DNA from: the human T2T-CHM13v2.0 reference genome, Homo sapiens
Strand: one strand, 5' to 3'
DNA: 64,000 nucleotides
Assembly: GCF_009914755.1 (NCBI RefSeq)
Contig: NC_060927.1
The translations under genes and the position numbers were made by a program. This document shows, piece by piece, positions 38,521 to 52,586 of this stretch. Each line of letters begins with the position of its first letter. Within the stretch, counting starts at the first letter, position 1. The notes beneath the pieces are model-generated. The model searched no databases and was not told the DNA's origin. It was given only the letters and a program-made list of their open reading frames with translations.

Positions 38521-41500
38521 CTGTTGTATGAATATCAGTTTTTCTGGAAATATTTGTACTAAAAAACTGGAAACTTGGATGCTTAAATTCTCATTTGATT
38601 GAACCAAACCAAAAGGAAACTAAACAGTAAAAGAAAAGCATGTTGTGCCTCAGAGTGCTCCAGGAAATAAGTACAAACCCAGAAACATAAACTTTTGAAA
38701 GGAAAGGTAGAACTGACTTGAAGACACTAGTCAGAATAAAATTAATCACAGTTGTAGTTTATTAACTGCTTATTTGATAAGACTACTGTGTGAGATACAT
38801 GGATTATTCTTTTCTTCATATAAGAATATCACAAGGTACATTTAACTAGAATGACTGGTTAGGCATGTTTGTGGTCAAGGAAGCGCATATTTCATGTTTT
38901 GGGAAAGAAGAGATCAGATATCCTCATTTATTTTCATGCTATGAAATGGCTGAGTAGCACTATATTGGATGGCTCACTTCAGAAGAAATATCAACTTTAC
39001 AGTCTTATGAAAAGCTCTTTTTCTAATAGTGATGGTAGAATAATTACAACACAGATAGTTGGAGAAGAAAGTACCTTTTATCAACTCTACATCCCTGATA
39101 ATTGGTAAGGAGCAAATGTGGGGAAGTATCTATTGAGGAATCTCTAGAAGTTTTACCTATCCATAAAAATGAAACATAACAAAATCAAACTAAGTCACAG
39201 AAATAAAGTAAAATTGTCAAAAACGTTTAGGTGGTGAGACTTGGATAATACTGAAACATTTCCAAGAAAAGCTCTGAAATACTTTTCAGATAGAAGACAT
39301 ATTTATATGGTTAGGTTAGAAGACAGGAATCTTGCCTGAAGGCAAAGAGAAAAATAGAGAAATTTCAAACAATACCACCACAACAAAAATTCTCTTTAAT
39401 CTGGTACCTTTATTATTTTTTCTCTCTTAGTTTTTTCTCATCATTCAATATACTCCTAAATCTTGAATGCTCTTTTCCTAAACTGCTTCTGCCAATTTTT
39501 CTAACTCTGAAATGTCTGATCCATTACTGAGTTCAAAGACATATGCACATGACTTTAAACTTTGTCACTTCTGAACCCAGAGAAAAATTAAATGAATGAC
39601 CTATAAAACATTTTATTTAATAGTAAATCTATGTAATATAAAGTATATAGATTATAATAGTATCCAATTTTAATTACAGCATATCCCCATAATGTGTAAT
39701 ATAGAGAAAAGCTGAAGAAATATAAATGAAAAAATATTTCAAAGGATGAAATATAAGGGTTTATTTCAAAAGTGAGAATAGGTTAGCTGTCATATATCAC
39801 TATCTTTGTATGAGACACTGAGCATATCTGGCTGACTGAGTGGACATTCTCTTCCTTCAGCTTCCTATGTGGTTCCCTAAAAGCTATCTACATGAGGGGA
39901 AATGAGAATATTTAAGACAATATGTAATTACTGAAGTAGCATGGCATCTTAGAAACGATAAAACACAACTATGGATATTTAATAAACAAAAATACACATT
40001 AGAAATCTTGCCCAGTGTCCATAAGGCCCAGGAGTAATAGGAATCCTGTCATCTAAGCCTCCTTCCACCATACTCACCACTTTATTTACCTGTCTCCTAT
40101 AATTTTATTCTTTTTAACTTCCTTCTTGACTACTTATATTTTTGCTCTTGTAATTGATGCAGTGTCTATGTTTAGCCAATTGCTGGAACACCTTTAAAGT
40201 TGATACTTCCTATTCCAAATGTAGAATATTACTTAGCTTACTTTACCTAATTTACCAAACTCCTGTCTCCCATTTTCTAGACCCTTTAGATGCCAGGGCT
40301 CTCTGTTCTAGGCACTCTGTCCAGGAACTTGAATTTATATTGCCTTCCTGCTCTCCCTCAGACCCTACCAAATGATCTGCAAATGCATTTGAGAATAGAG
40401 TCAATGACCTCTTCACATTTGAAATGAATGCAATTTTATGGGGTTTTCATAATATAAAACCAAAAAAAAATTTTTGCATGTCTGTATGTAAATAGACAAC
40501 ATATAGCAGAGTAAATGGTATTTTATAATAGAGTAAAACATAGCAAAAAGTTACCATGTACCAATTAGCATTTTACTTTCAATAAATATTCAATCCTTAA
40601 TATAAATATGTAATAAAAATATATAATACTCTATATATCATATAATTTTATTATTCAACATCTACAGTGTATTAGGTTGTGTCTTTAGGAAATCATTAAT
40701 TAATATTATTTGGTGAAATTATATTGGTACAGTTGTTTGCATCACAACAAAATGTTTTCTAAGAAATATTTTGTAATATTAAATGCCAATAATCAATTTC
40801 TCAAGAAATTGCCACTAGATTTTAATAAGTTAGTGTTATATTACCTTACATCTCACTATATTTTCATACATTTGAAAAGTTCAGAACCATTTCAAATAGC
40901 AAGTCCATTTTCCTGTTCTAAATTTTTGTCTAACCAAACTAATTGATTTTGAATATTTCCTATGTGTCCCATATGTAGTGCTAAAAAAAGACTAATGTTG
41001 AACTTTAAAGTGGTATTTCACTCTTTCTTCACTGGCAAATCTCTTATTAAAATGGAAATAATCATTTGGGTTTATACAGTATCATATTATCAAATGTAAT
41101 GAGAAGAGCCTATTTAGAATTTTTAGATGCAATCTTGGTAATGAGAATTAATTTTGCCAGTCATGTAAGATATATATCTAAAGTTTAATTTGTGTTTAGG
41201 TATTATTTTATTAAATATCTAAATCTTGGGAAATATTAATCAATGTGTTTGACTTCAGAAATGCTTGCCATATATCCATCACATTTGTTAATAAAATGAA
41301 GTCTTGACAGATTAAAATTTTTGCAGGTTAGAAGTTTTCAAAGAAAATACAGCATATGAAACCATAAATGGTAATATTCTCCAAAATCTTAAGTCAAATG
41401 ATATAATAGCATTAAGAAACAGGTAAACTCTTCTCATTAGAAAAATATCTGATCTAATGAAATGTCGAAAGGTAACTTAGAAAGAAAGGTGGCTACTGCT

Positions 41501-42245
41501 TACTCATTTGCTGTGGAAGAATAGTAGAAATAAGAGTGACAATGATTCACCTTTTCATCAAACAAAAATCTCCTTATTACATTGAGTTTTAAATCAGCAG
41601 AAGTGTACTGAACTGTCCAGATGGTAGGATTGGACTGAATATTAGACCAAATGCACTAATGGTTCCTGACAACAGTGCATGGATAGTGCTGAAACATGAC
41701 AATGTAAGCAGAAGGAGTCTCTCTTTCTCAGTCTGCTCTTCCTTTCCTCTCCTCCAACCTCATCTAGCCTGACATTTGACAGTTGGCAGATATTTCATCC
41801 CAAGAAATGGGGCCAAATCTTTGATTTGAATCAGCACATGGAAATTGCCTCACTTTAATGTCCATGACAAATTTGTTTGCATTTTCTATTTCTTAGATTA
41901 TGTGAAAATGCTTATTAAAATAAACTGGAAATTTGGATAAGTTATTAGATTCCTTCTTTTGTTGAACTTTCTCACAGGTGTAAACTATAACACTACATTT
42001 CTTTTAGTTGAAGAAAAAAGTACCTTGTCAAGAAAATTAGACTTTGAGAGTTGTTACCTTATTTGTGCTTCTGTCTTTTGAACAACCTATAAATGTAATG
42101 TCATTACATTTTTTTTTTTTGCATGTGTTTAGTATTGGAGATAATTGTCTTTTGTATTGAGAGTGGAGACTTAGGATTTGTGGTCAAATAATTCAGCATT
42201 ATGCATTTGGGCCATATCATATCCATTTTAGAATGAGAGGAGGCT

Positions 42246-42559
<314 letters not shown>

Positions 42560-42634
42560 GCCACAAGAAAGAACAAAAACAAAACCTAGAATTAAGCTTT
42601 CTAAATGTATAGGTATATGTGCTCCTATAAAATT

Positions 42635-42750
42635 TTTATTCATTTATTCAACAAAATTTTATTTAGTATACATATCCTGTTTAGTGTTGTGGATACAACA
42701 GGGATTAAAGAGTCAGTCCTTCTCCCAAGAGACTTACAGTAAAATGGGAA
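42635..42750 (-). mobile_element. L2 3' terminus
   Basis: 'catttattcaacaaaattttattta..ggatacaacagggattaaagagtcagtcct..gagacttacagt'. Confidence 0.6.
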
Positions 42751-42769
42751 CAGTGGAGGCCATCTCCCA

Positions 42770-43600
42770 TTTTATTTCTCCATAACAGTAAAGAAAATTT
42801 CAAAAACAAATTTCTAAAAATATAGAATTTATATTATCATACAAATTATTTAATATCTAGAGATAAATTGAATAAATATTTGTAAGACAATTTACCAAAA
42901 ACTGTTATTATTGAGATAAATTTAAAAATATTTAAAAATGGGGTAGATATATAACATGTTCACAGATTAAACACTTAATATTTTTAAGATTTAAATTTTT
43001 TCTACATGTATCTATAGATTCATTATACTCTTAATCAAAATCTCTTCATTTACCTTAATTGTTAGTCAACTCACTTTTGGATATATACTCCAGAAACACT
43101 TGTGTACAGGTAATAAGAAAAGGAGTGTGAAGATGCTTATCTCAGCAGTATTTGGGGTAGTAAGAATTTGGAGATAACCTAGGTGCTCATTACGAAAAGA
43201 ATAAGTGAAAACAGATGGATAAATTATTTAGAAAAAAGTACATAATTTTAAGATAATGAATTAGAAATATATTCAACAACATAGATAAATCTTAAAATGT
43301 TGGAGAGAAAAGTAAAAAACAAAATGAATGCTATAGAATAAATCCATAGCACGATAAAAATTTTTGTACATTTAAAGAATATACACAAAGACACCATATA
43401 TTTCTCAAAATTACAAACATTTAAAAGATATATTTGAGTAAGTGCCTGTTTTAACAATAGGAATGGAGATTTGCTCAGCTATGTAGATGAAAATGAATTG
43501 AAATAAAGAACAGCTTTGCAAATATTAAGGATAACCATGTACCATGAATAAAAGAGTATCTTCTATTCATGGCACATTAAGTTCTCTTCAACTCTATTCA
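42770..43600 (+). mobile_element. Decayed L1M ORF2 and 3' UTR fragments
   Basis: 'acatgttcacagatt..acttaatatttttaagat..atctatagattca', 'tcacttttggatatatactccagaaacacttgtg', 'aatttggagataacctaggtgctcat'. Confidence 0.65.
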
Positions 43601-43794
43601 TCAGAAAAATACATATAAATATAAAATAAAGTATTGAAAAAACAGGAGTCATCAGTTGGGTCTACTATTCTTAAAAACCTGACAAACATTAAAGAAAAAA
43701 ACGTTTCTTGAATTTGGCATTATGGAGTTTTTAATGATCTCAACAAGAACAATTTCGGTAAAGTGGGAAGGATACCACAACTCAACTTGCTATA

Positions 43795-45250
43795 GGTGCC
43801 CTCTGGCCCCCAAAATTCACATCTGTCCCAAGTGCAGAATACATTCACACCATCCCAACGTCCCCAATATTGCAACCCATTAAAGCATCAGCTCCAAGTC
43901 CAAAATTTCATCTAAATATTATCAGTTTTAAAAGTCTCATATCTTGTATTTTAAAGCCATCTAAATCAGGTATGAGTGAGACTTGGGGTATAATCCATCT
44001 TGGAGCAAAGTCATTATTCATTTGTGAATCTGTGAAACTAAAAAACAAGTTATCTTCTTCAAAAATGCCATAGTGGAACAAACATTGAATAGGCATTCTA
44101 ATTCCAAAAGGAAAAAAAAAAGGGAAGGGATAAAGAGGTTACTGGTCCCAAGCAAGTTTGAAATCCAGCAAGGAATGTTCCACTAGGTTACAAGACATGA
44201 GAATAATCCTCTGTGGCTCAAGGCTCTACCCTCTGGGCTCACAGCAGCTCTGTCCTCTGCCTCTGTGCCTGCTGCCTCTTCCTCAGCCCCACTGGCTTCT
44301 GCTCCTTCCATGTCAGACTCGGCCTCTGCACTGGCTACATCAGACCCACAAACCCAGGTGGCCTCTGTTCACAGCAGTTCTGTCATTGGAGTTATTCTTT
44401 CTGTTTCTTGAAGGACAGCTTAGGTTTGTAGCCAAGTAATTCTGTTAGTTCACTCCTGTTTGTACAATCCTAGAAATCTGACAGCCTTCTGTATTTCATC
44501 TCTTCTCTGTCTCCTTCAGCTCAAGCTGGCAGTATTTCTGCTGATACAACATTCTTGCAAACCTAACGAATTTCCTTTATATGTCACAGAGATACATGCC
44601 ACTGAAAAAGAGGGTCCTTCACAGATCTTTTCTGAATCGCCTATCCTATTCCAGGAGTCTACCTGAGACGACAGGAATCACATATCGAATCTCTTCAGCA
44701 AATGATTTCTTTGGCCCTCTCTATAGAGCACACTTTTTCAATAGTCAATAGCTTAATTTTAGCATCTTTTGCAATCTGGATAGATCAAGAATATCCCAGA
44801 TCATCCAGTCCTGCTCCCTCTTTTCTTAACATTTCTCCCTCAATTTCTTCCTTTCATCTTGCATTTTGCTATAGGCAGTAAGGAGAAACCAGGCTTCATT
44901 TTCATTTTCAACACTGCCTGAAAGCTACTTGGCAAAATATTCAATTCTGTTGCTTACAAGTTCTGCATTCCACTCAGCAGCAGAGGGCAATTGATCTGCT
45001 TTCTTCCACTTAATAGCAAGGATCACCTTACCTCTAATTTCCAAATATGTTTTTCTCATTTCTTTCTAAGACCTCTCCAGCAATACCTGTAAATTTTATA
45101 TTACTACCAACAGTCTGTTCAAAGTGATCTAGGCTTTTTCTATCATATGCCTCAAAATTCTACCAGTTTCTACCCATTAGCCAATTCCAAAGCACTTCCA
45201 TACTTTCAGATATTTGTTACAGTAGCATGCTACTTTCTGGTAACTAAATC
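43795..45250 (-). mobile_element. MLT1-int (MaLR internal region), about 1.45 kb
   Basis: The left end 'ccctctggcccccaaaattcacatctgtcccaagtgcagaatacattcacaccatccc' and the right end 'gatatttgttacagtagca..ctttctggtaactaaatc' match the MaLR internal termini. It abuts the LTR at 45251. Confidence 0.85.
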
Positions 45251-45696
45251 TGTGTTAGTTTCCCAGGGCTGCCATAACAAATTACCACATGCTTCATGGT
45301 TTAAAATAACATATATTTAGTTTATCACAATTCTGGAGACCAGAAGTCTGAAATCAAGGTGTTGACAGAGCCACACTTCCTCTGAATACTCGAGGGGACT
45401 TTCCTTCCTTGCCTCTCTTCCAGCTCCTGGTGGCTCCAGGAGTTCCTTGGCTTGGGACTGCAAAACTCCAAACTTTGCTTCCATCTTCGCATGCCCTTCT
45501 TCCCTGTATCCCTCATGTTTTCTTTTAAAAGGACAAGTCATTGAACTTAGGCCCCACCTTAATCCATGATGATCTCATCTTAAAATATTTTATCTGCAAA
45601 GTCCCTTTTTCCAAAAATTGTCACATTCACAGGGACCGAGGCATAAACATGTTTGTTTGTTTAATAAGCAGAGAGGCCACCTTTTAAACCACTACA
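45251..45696 (-). mobile_element. Complete MLT1C-like LTR (the 5' LTR of the provirus)
   Basis: TG...CA ends. Contains 'tgtgttagtttcccagggctgccataacaaattaccac', 'ttctggagaccagaagtctgaaatcaaggtgttg' and 'aaaccactaca'. Confidence 0.9.
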
Positions 45697-48274
45697 CGTT
45701 TTTCAATTAAACACATTTAATTTCGAAGTCACGTTGAGGGCAAAGACTATATTTCCTTTTCAATTTTATGTCTCTGTGTCTTTTGCAGCAGCTCTGCACT
45801 CAATGAATAATTATTGTAAGAATCAAAAGTGTATTTCAAAACAATAATCAAAGTTTTCTAGAAGTCTGCTAAATAAGTTAAACTAATTTTTAAAAATTAA
45901 CACATTTTGTATCAGTAGAAGACCATGGTTTCATAGTATTTAAACTATGAGTCCAGATTCTGATTACAAAATAGGCCACTGTCCCATTTAGCAAAATTCT
46001 AATTGTATGAAAAAAAATGGCCTTGTGTATGAGGTTAAATATGTGAATACAATATAAAAAATTTGGCTCTAACTATTGGTAATCATAGATAAATATTGCT
46101 TTTCAAGTCTACATTGAAATTGGCTCAATTTACCACCGTGGTCAATTACATAGCCAAATACATTCTTGATGGGACTTGTGTAATGGGCCATCATTCTTTC
46201 AAGAACAAAATTGTTTCCTATTCCTGTGATTTGATAATAAGTAATAAACATATAATATATCAATTTATAAAGTCAATTACATAAACAAGAAGAGTGCCAA
46301 CAGCAATAACCAAAACACTCTGTACTGTATTTACTTTCATATTCTCCACCTTCCCTAAGGCACCAGGCCTGGCATTTTTCCTACTTTCTCAATTTTCTTT
46401 GCATAATTTTCCACTTGGTGGACTGCCATTGTCAACAGTAACACTCTTCAACTTCTGCAGGCTTGGTAAGAGCAGTTGAAGAGATGAGAACTGTGTTTAA
46501 TTAAATCCTGGTTGTCAAATGTAAATGCAAAAGTGCTTAATTATTCAACATTGCTAGTGATGAAAGTCAGAAAAAAGGCTCCAGAAGAAGTTTGGTATAT
46601 CATGATCTTTTAGATACAATCCTGAAAAGTATCAATTTCCCCTTTACCTCCTTTAAATGAAAAAAAAAGTTTTTAAAGGAAAGCAGATGAACACATATAT
46701 AACTCATAAAATACCTCGCTGAATAATTCTAGCCGCTGAAAAAGATACATATAGAAATGGATTATGTGGTCTCAAAATTATGTGTAGGCTATGTTTCATG
46801 AAAACATCTACAGGCTTTGTGATTCATGTATATTTAAGGGGCATCTTTAAGCAAAAGCAAAAGAGGAAGGGAAGATAGAATTTGGGGACAAGAAACAATT
46901 ACACTTTAAACTTTGATTTTTTCTTTCTTTCAAAACTTGTTTTAGTTTTCATGGCATCATTTAAACATTATAGATTTAAAAGTGCTTGGGATTAATTAGT
47001 TCAATAAATTTAATGTAATTTTAGTCACAATACTAATTCCTAAGGTGTTTTTGAGTAAATATGAGTCAAACTCCTCTCTAAAAGAATACCTACCAAGTTA
47101 TTTTTTAAGTATAAGCACAAATATATTAGGCATCTACCATAGGCTTACAATCCTATTCCTTTAATATGCATGTAAATATAAATGAGATAAAGTTCTTTGG
47201 GTAAATGTTCACATTTTACACAGCATTGTATATGAACTCTTTGTTTCTTTAACTGATTCGTTTTTATTACAATGCTGATGATAACATTTGGATAAGGTGG
47301 CATGTTAAGTTTTACCATAGAATAGCTAAACAGAAATAGATTAAATTTTATACAGATGTGGTTATCCCCAGATGTGAATGTAGGAAAAACTTAGTTTTGT
47401 CTCTGGGTATTTATTCGCCATATAAATCTACTAGCACATTCTTATCTGTTATGTAAATAAGATGTGGAATTCCAATAGTGTATCAGTGTTCTACAGCAGA
47501 TGGTACGCTGAGATTTACCACACCATTACATTTAATGGGTTTGAATTCATTTGGATTTCTTGATGTTCTCTCTGTCCTTCTCATAGCAGCAATGTTGCCA
47601 ATGTTCCTGATTATATATGATTTGAGAGAGTGCTTAAAGAAGAAACACTCCTTTTTCTTAGAAATATGAGTATTTTATGTCAAAGTTTAAGGTGTGTATG
47701 TATTGCATTTCAGAGGATTTATATACCCTATGAGGAAAAGATAGTTAATGAATATTCAACAAAATACTAGCAGTCATTACACTCAAAGATATTTTATAAA
47801 ATGGGAATACACAATTAACTATTATAGTGCTAGTAGGGAGTGTTCATTTGAAAAACAAAAAGAAATTTTCAGCCTAGTTCATCATGGATGAAGTTTTTTA
47901 AAAACTTTAATATAAGAATACAAAGACTCAAGAAGGCACACATCTTAGTCATAACAAGGCAAGCTATTCACGAGTATTTCAGCTAACAAAAATTTATATA
48001 GTATTAGCTCACTAATTACTCAAGAACAATGAATAACATCCCTAAATGAGTTGGATCTATAAAAGGTCAGACCTCAGCGATAATTGAAAATGACAACACG
48101 AGCCATATGAGCATTTTTGTTTCTGAACTTGTGCTATTTAGAAGCAGAGTGAGTGCTGGTGTAGCATTAATCAGTTAGTTACAGAAATTACTGTGGATGA
48201 ACATAGACTGGAACAAGAATAAGAAATTCAATGTCAAAAATATAACCTATATTTTAAAATCATTTTGTCTCAAA

Positions 48275-48445
48275 GGGTAGCCAACAAAACACTAGCATCT
48301 AAATTACTTCTAAAATGTTGTTAATAATAGAGATGCCTGGGACTTATCCCAGATTCACTAAATCCAAAAATCTATGGGGCTAAAACCTAGGTATGAAAAT
48401 ATTAAAAAGATCCCCTGTAGTGATATTTATTATGCACATCCTGAT
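48275..48445. mobile_element. MER5A-like (hAT-Charlie) MITE
   Basis: 'gcatctaaattac..ttgttaataatagagatgcctgggacttatcccagattcactaaatccaaaaatctatgggg..gtgatatttattatgcac'. Confidence 0.65.
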
Positions 48446-48479
48446 ATTTATATATATATGGCAGGCCAAAATTCAAATT

Positions 48480-48685
48480 CAATATCTAAAGCAGACTTCT
48501 TGGGTTTAAATTGGGCTTCTTTACTTACCAGTTCTGTGGCCCTGGGCTCATTACTTATCCTCTCCATATCTGAGTTCTTTCAACTCTAAATGAGGCTAAC
48601 ATACCTACATCACAGAATAATTATGAGGATTGAGTTAATGTTTATAAAGCAACTAGTACCTAGTACATGTAAACACTAATAATAT
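48480..48685 (+). mobile_element. MIR SINE
   Basis: 'tgggtttaaattgggcttctttacttaccagttctgtggccctgggctcattacttatcctctc..atacctacatcacagaataattatgaggatt'. Confidence 0.82.
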
Positions 48686-48704
48686 AGGAGTAAATAAAAT
48701 GTCT

Positions 48705-50430
48705 CCTTAGCAAAGGAGATGAAAGATCTCTACAAAGAAAACCACAAGGCATTAAGGAAATAAACTGTAGATGACACAAATTGTAAAACATCCCATGACT
48801 ATGGATTGGACAAATCGATATTAAAATGACCATATTGCCTAAAGCAATTCACAGATTCAAATCACTTTCTATCAAATAACCACCATTTTTCACAGAATTA
48901 GAGAAAAACACTTCAAAAATTCATAAGAAACCAACAAAGAATCAGAATAGCCAAAGCACTCCTAAGCAAAAAGAACAAATCTGGAGACATCACATTACCT
49001 GACTTCAAATTATACTACAAGGCTATAGTAACCCAAAGGTTATGATACTGGTAGAAAAATAGACACATGGAACAAGTGAAAAGAATAGAAAACCTAGAAA
49101 TAAAGCCACTTGCCTACAACAAACTCATATTCAACAAAGTCAACAAAAATAAACAATGGGAAAAGGACACCCTGTTCAATAAATGGTGCTAATAAAATTG
49201 GATAGCCATATGCAGAAGAATGAGACTAGACTCCTGTCTCTCACCATACACAAAAGACTCAAGATGGATTCAAGACTTAAATGAAAGAAATGAAACTATA
49301 AAAATCCTAGAAAAAACACAGGAAAAACTTTTCTGAACATTGGCCAAAGGAAAAAATTTATGACTAAGACCTCAAAAGTAAATGCAACAAAAACAACAAT
49401 AGATAAATAGGACTTAATTAAACTAAAAACATTGACACACACCAAAATAAATACCCAACAGGGGAAAAAGACAATCTAGAGAATGAGAGAAGATATTTTC
49501 AAATTATGTATCTGACAAAGGACTAATATCCAGAATCTACAAGGAATTCAAACAGAACAACAAGAAAAAAATCAACCCCATTAAAGAGTCGGCGAAGGAC
49601 AGACATTTCTCAAAAGAAGACATACAAGAAGCCAACAAACATATGAAGAAATCCTCAATATCACTAATCATCAGAGAAGTGCACATTGAAACCACAATGA
49701 AATACCACCTCACATTAGTCAGAATGGCCACTATTGAAAAGTCAAAAACCAACAGATGTTGACGAGGATATGGAGAAAAGGGAATACTTTTATGCTGTTG
49801 GTGGGAATGTAAACTGTACAACCTTTATGGAAAACAGTATGGAGATTTCTAAAGAAACTAAAAATAGACCTACCATTCAATCCAGCAATCCCACTACTGT
49901 GAATCTACCCAAAGGACAAGAAACCACCATATTGAAAAGACACCTGAACTTACATGTTTATCGCAGCACTATTCATAAAAGCAAAGTCATAGGATCAACC
50001 TGTTTCCATTAATAAATGATTGGAGAAGGTAAACATGGTAATATACACCATAAAGTATTATTCAGCCATAAAAAAAGATGAAGTCATGTCTTTTGCAGCA
50101 CCATCTACCTATGGAGCTGGAGCAATATCCTAAGTGAAATAACCCAGAAACAGAAAATAATAATACCACGTGTTCTCACTTATAAGTGAGACATAAACAA
50201 TGGGTGCACATGGTCATAATGATGGGAAGAATGGAAACGGAGGATTTTTAAAAGAAGAAGAATGGAAATAGGGTGAGGGCTGAAAAATTACATATTAACT
50301 ATAATTTTTGCTATGTGGGTGATGGGTACACTAGAAGCCCAAACCTCACCATTACACAATATGTCCATGTAACAAACCTGCACATCCATCCTCAAACCTA
50401 TAATTTAAAAAATTTAAAAATGAAATAAAA
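48705..50430 (+). mobile_element. 5'-truncated L1PB (PB3/PB4-like): ORF2 3' portion and 3' UTR, about 1.7 kb, inactivated
   Basis: Continuous L1 ORF2 similarity ('gacatcacattacctgacttcaaattatactacaaggctatagtaacc', 'gacatttctcaaaagaagacatacaa'). 3' UTR 'gggtgatgggtacactagaagcccaaacctcaccattac'. TSD aaata(c)aaatgtct at about 48692-48704 and 50430-50443. Confidence 0.93.
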
Positions 50431-52482
50431 AATACAAATGTCTATTGGAGTTGCAAGATCATAGTTAAAAATACCATATTTTCTATTAAAAGACAAACAA
50501 AAACTTCCTAGAAATTATCCGAACCCTAAATGTAACACAAACTATTTTTCCTGATTGGAAGATAATAGAAACCAAAGTGCATTCCACATTGTTTTTGCTT
50601 TCTTCTTCATTATAAGGTTATAATAAATATGTTTAATGTTATTAGACTCAGTTTCCAGTCATACTCTGAATAAAACATCTTTTCAAACTTTTTCCATCAT
50701 GAAATATATCAACTGTGGTGACATACCCATTCTCATGAATGGTTAACATGATTTTCATAGAATAAGATGAGATTTAACTCTCTTGGTGCATATATGTGCC
50801 ATGTTACTTTCAGCAAATCATTTCAGTAATACAGCATGACAGTAACTTTACAGTGACACTGTAGACACAGTATTCCAGGCACTTTATTTTCAGTTCATTT
50901 GTGGGATATTGGACTCATTTGGCAGTAGTACTGAAGTCACATTCATTTATAGGCACTTCAGGGGCATCCACACAACATCTTATAATTGCACTGCAATAGC
51001 CTGCCATTGCCATGTGTTTATCAATTTTCAGTTCTTAGAAGACTTTTCAATTATTATCTATAAGCTTGTTAAATTTACAGTCATTTGTCAACATTTAGAA
51101 CAAGAAAAGATGAGTGCTAAAGACGGAAGAACATGATTATATTTTATTTGACTTATAGCTGGCTTTTTACCTGATGACAATTAATTCCAAAAAATAAACC
51201 CCAACTTTAATACATCGTGATGTCATCATTTTACTCATTCTAATATCAAAATCTCAAATTTTACATATATCTCATCAGAATCAACTGACAAGCTTTTCTA
51301 TATTGAAGGCAATATTTCTGGGAAGTCCATAATTGTACTTGCAGAATTATTCACAGAAGCTTCCAGTAAGTCTAATTACTTCTTCAAATTGGCCTGAAAA
51401 GCATTTAGACAGTAGGGCTTTCCGTTGGCCCAGAAGTCATTTGATCTCTTTATGACTTCCCTAAGCTAGCAGCAGCCATTTCAGATTGGCTCTGACTGTG
51501 AAACAGGCAATGGTACATCTGTTTTTTGGTTTGTTTTTTAATGGGAAAAACACTTTCTAAGAAGGCAAACTTCATGTCCTTACTTATGCAAGAGTTATGT
51601 GTAACCCTTTTAAGATATGTAAATGGATATACCTCTGGAAAAAAAGGTTCATCTGAATCTAATTCTGAAACTAGAGGAATGTACCCAGGTCATTTTATTA
51701 TTTATTTACATATATGTGTATGTGTGTGTGTAAAATAAAAATACTACCAAGTTGGTTCAGGCTGACTTTAGTATTTTAAATATAAAATTTAACAAAATTT
51801 GGAAAGTGTTCAAATCTTACATTTTAAGTAGTGATAAGTAAAACTAAAACTGAAATGTGTCCTTTGTGACATGATCTTTGCCTTCTTGGAGCTTACAAAA
51901 TATAGCCACCTAATTTTTTAAAATTAGCATATTAATACTTTAATATAAATATAAATGCAAATGCTTTTGCATTGCAGTTACTTGGAAAAGACTTCAAAAA
52001 ATAATTTGCTATATACCTTAATCTCAGGCAAAATTAAGACTAACATACTCTTATGAAACTAAAAATGGTACGGTAATAAAATCATAGAGTCATTTACAAA
52101 AACTGTTTTAATACATTCAGTCTTTTCCCAGTCTCACCATTTGAGGAAATGTTAATTTATCGTACAATTTGTGATAAACACATAAAGAGGGATTTATTAT
52201 CAACTGTAAAATCTATTGTAATTGAGATCTGATGTAATAATTTGGATAACTCTTCAAGTATTTGAAGCTATCACTGAACCAACTAGTAATAATAAATCAA
52301 TTTAAATACTAAATATAATGTTTTTCCTTATCTATAAGTCACTGATATTATTAAAAAATTAGAAAATACAGAAAATTTTAGATCATTTATTTTAACATTA
52401 CATGGAATTTGGACTCAATGCTGGATTTATTTATGTCATAACATTTGAAGTACCTATAGATATAGATACTTAATCTATATCT

Positions 52483-52586
52483 ATAGATACTGAAATATTC
52501 ATGACCCAGTTACTATATGTGTATTTGTGTATACATAGATACTTAAATATTCATGACCCAGCTACTATATGTGTATTTGTGTACAT
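52483..52586. repeat. 52-bp tandem duplication (2 copies) overlapping a palindrome
   Basis: atagatact[g/t]aaatattcatgacccag[t/c]tactatatgtgtatttgtgta starts at 52483 and at 52535. Confidence 0.92.

Noticed and set aside
40068-40095. Good minus-strand donors GTG|GTGAGT and CAG|GTAAAT
   Set aside because: No convincing upstream acceptor or open frame. Isolated donors are frequent in introns.
49537-50012. ORFs of 92-94 aa on both strands
   Set aside because: They lie within the inactivated L1PB ORF2 fossil and are antisense or fragmented frames.
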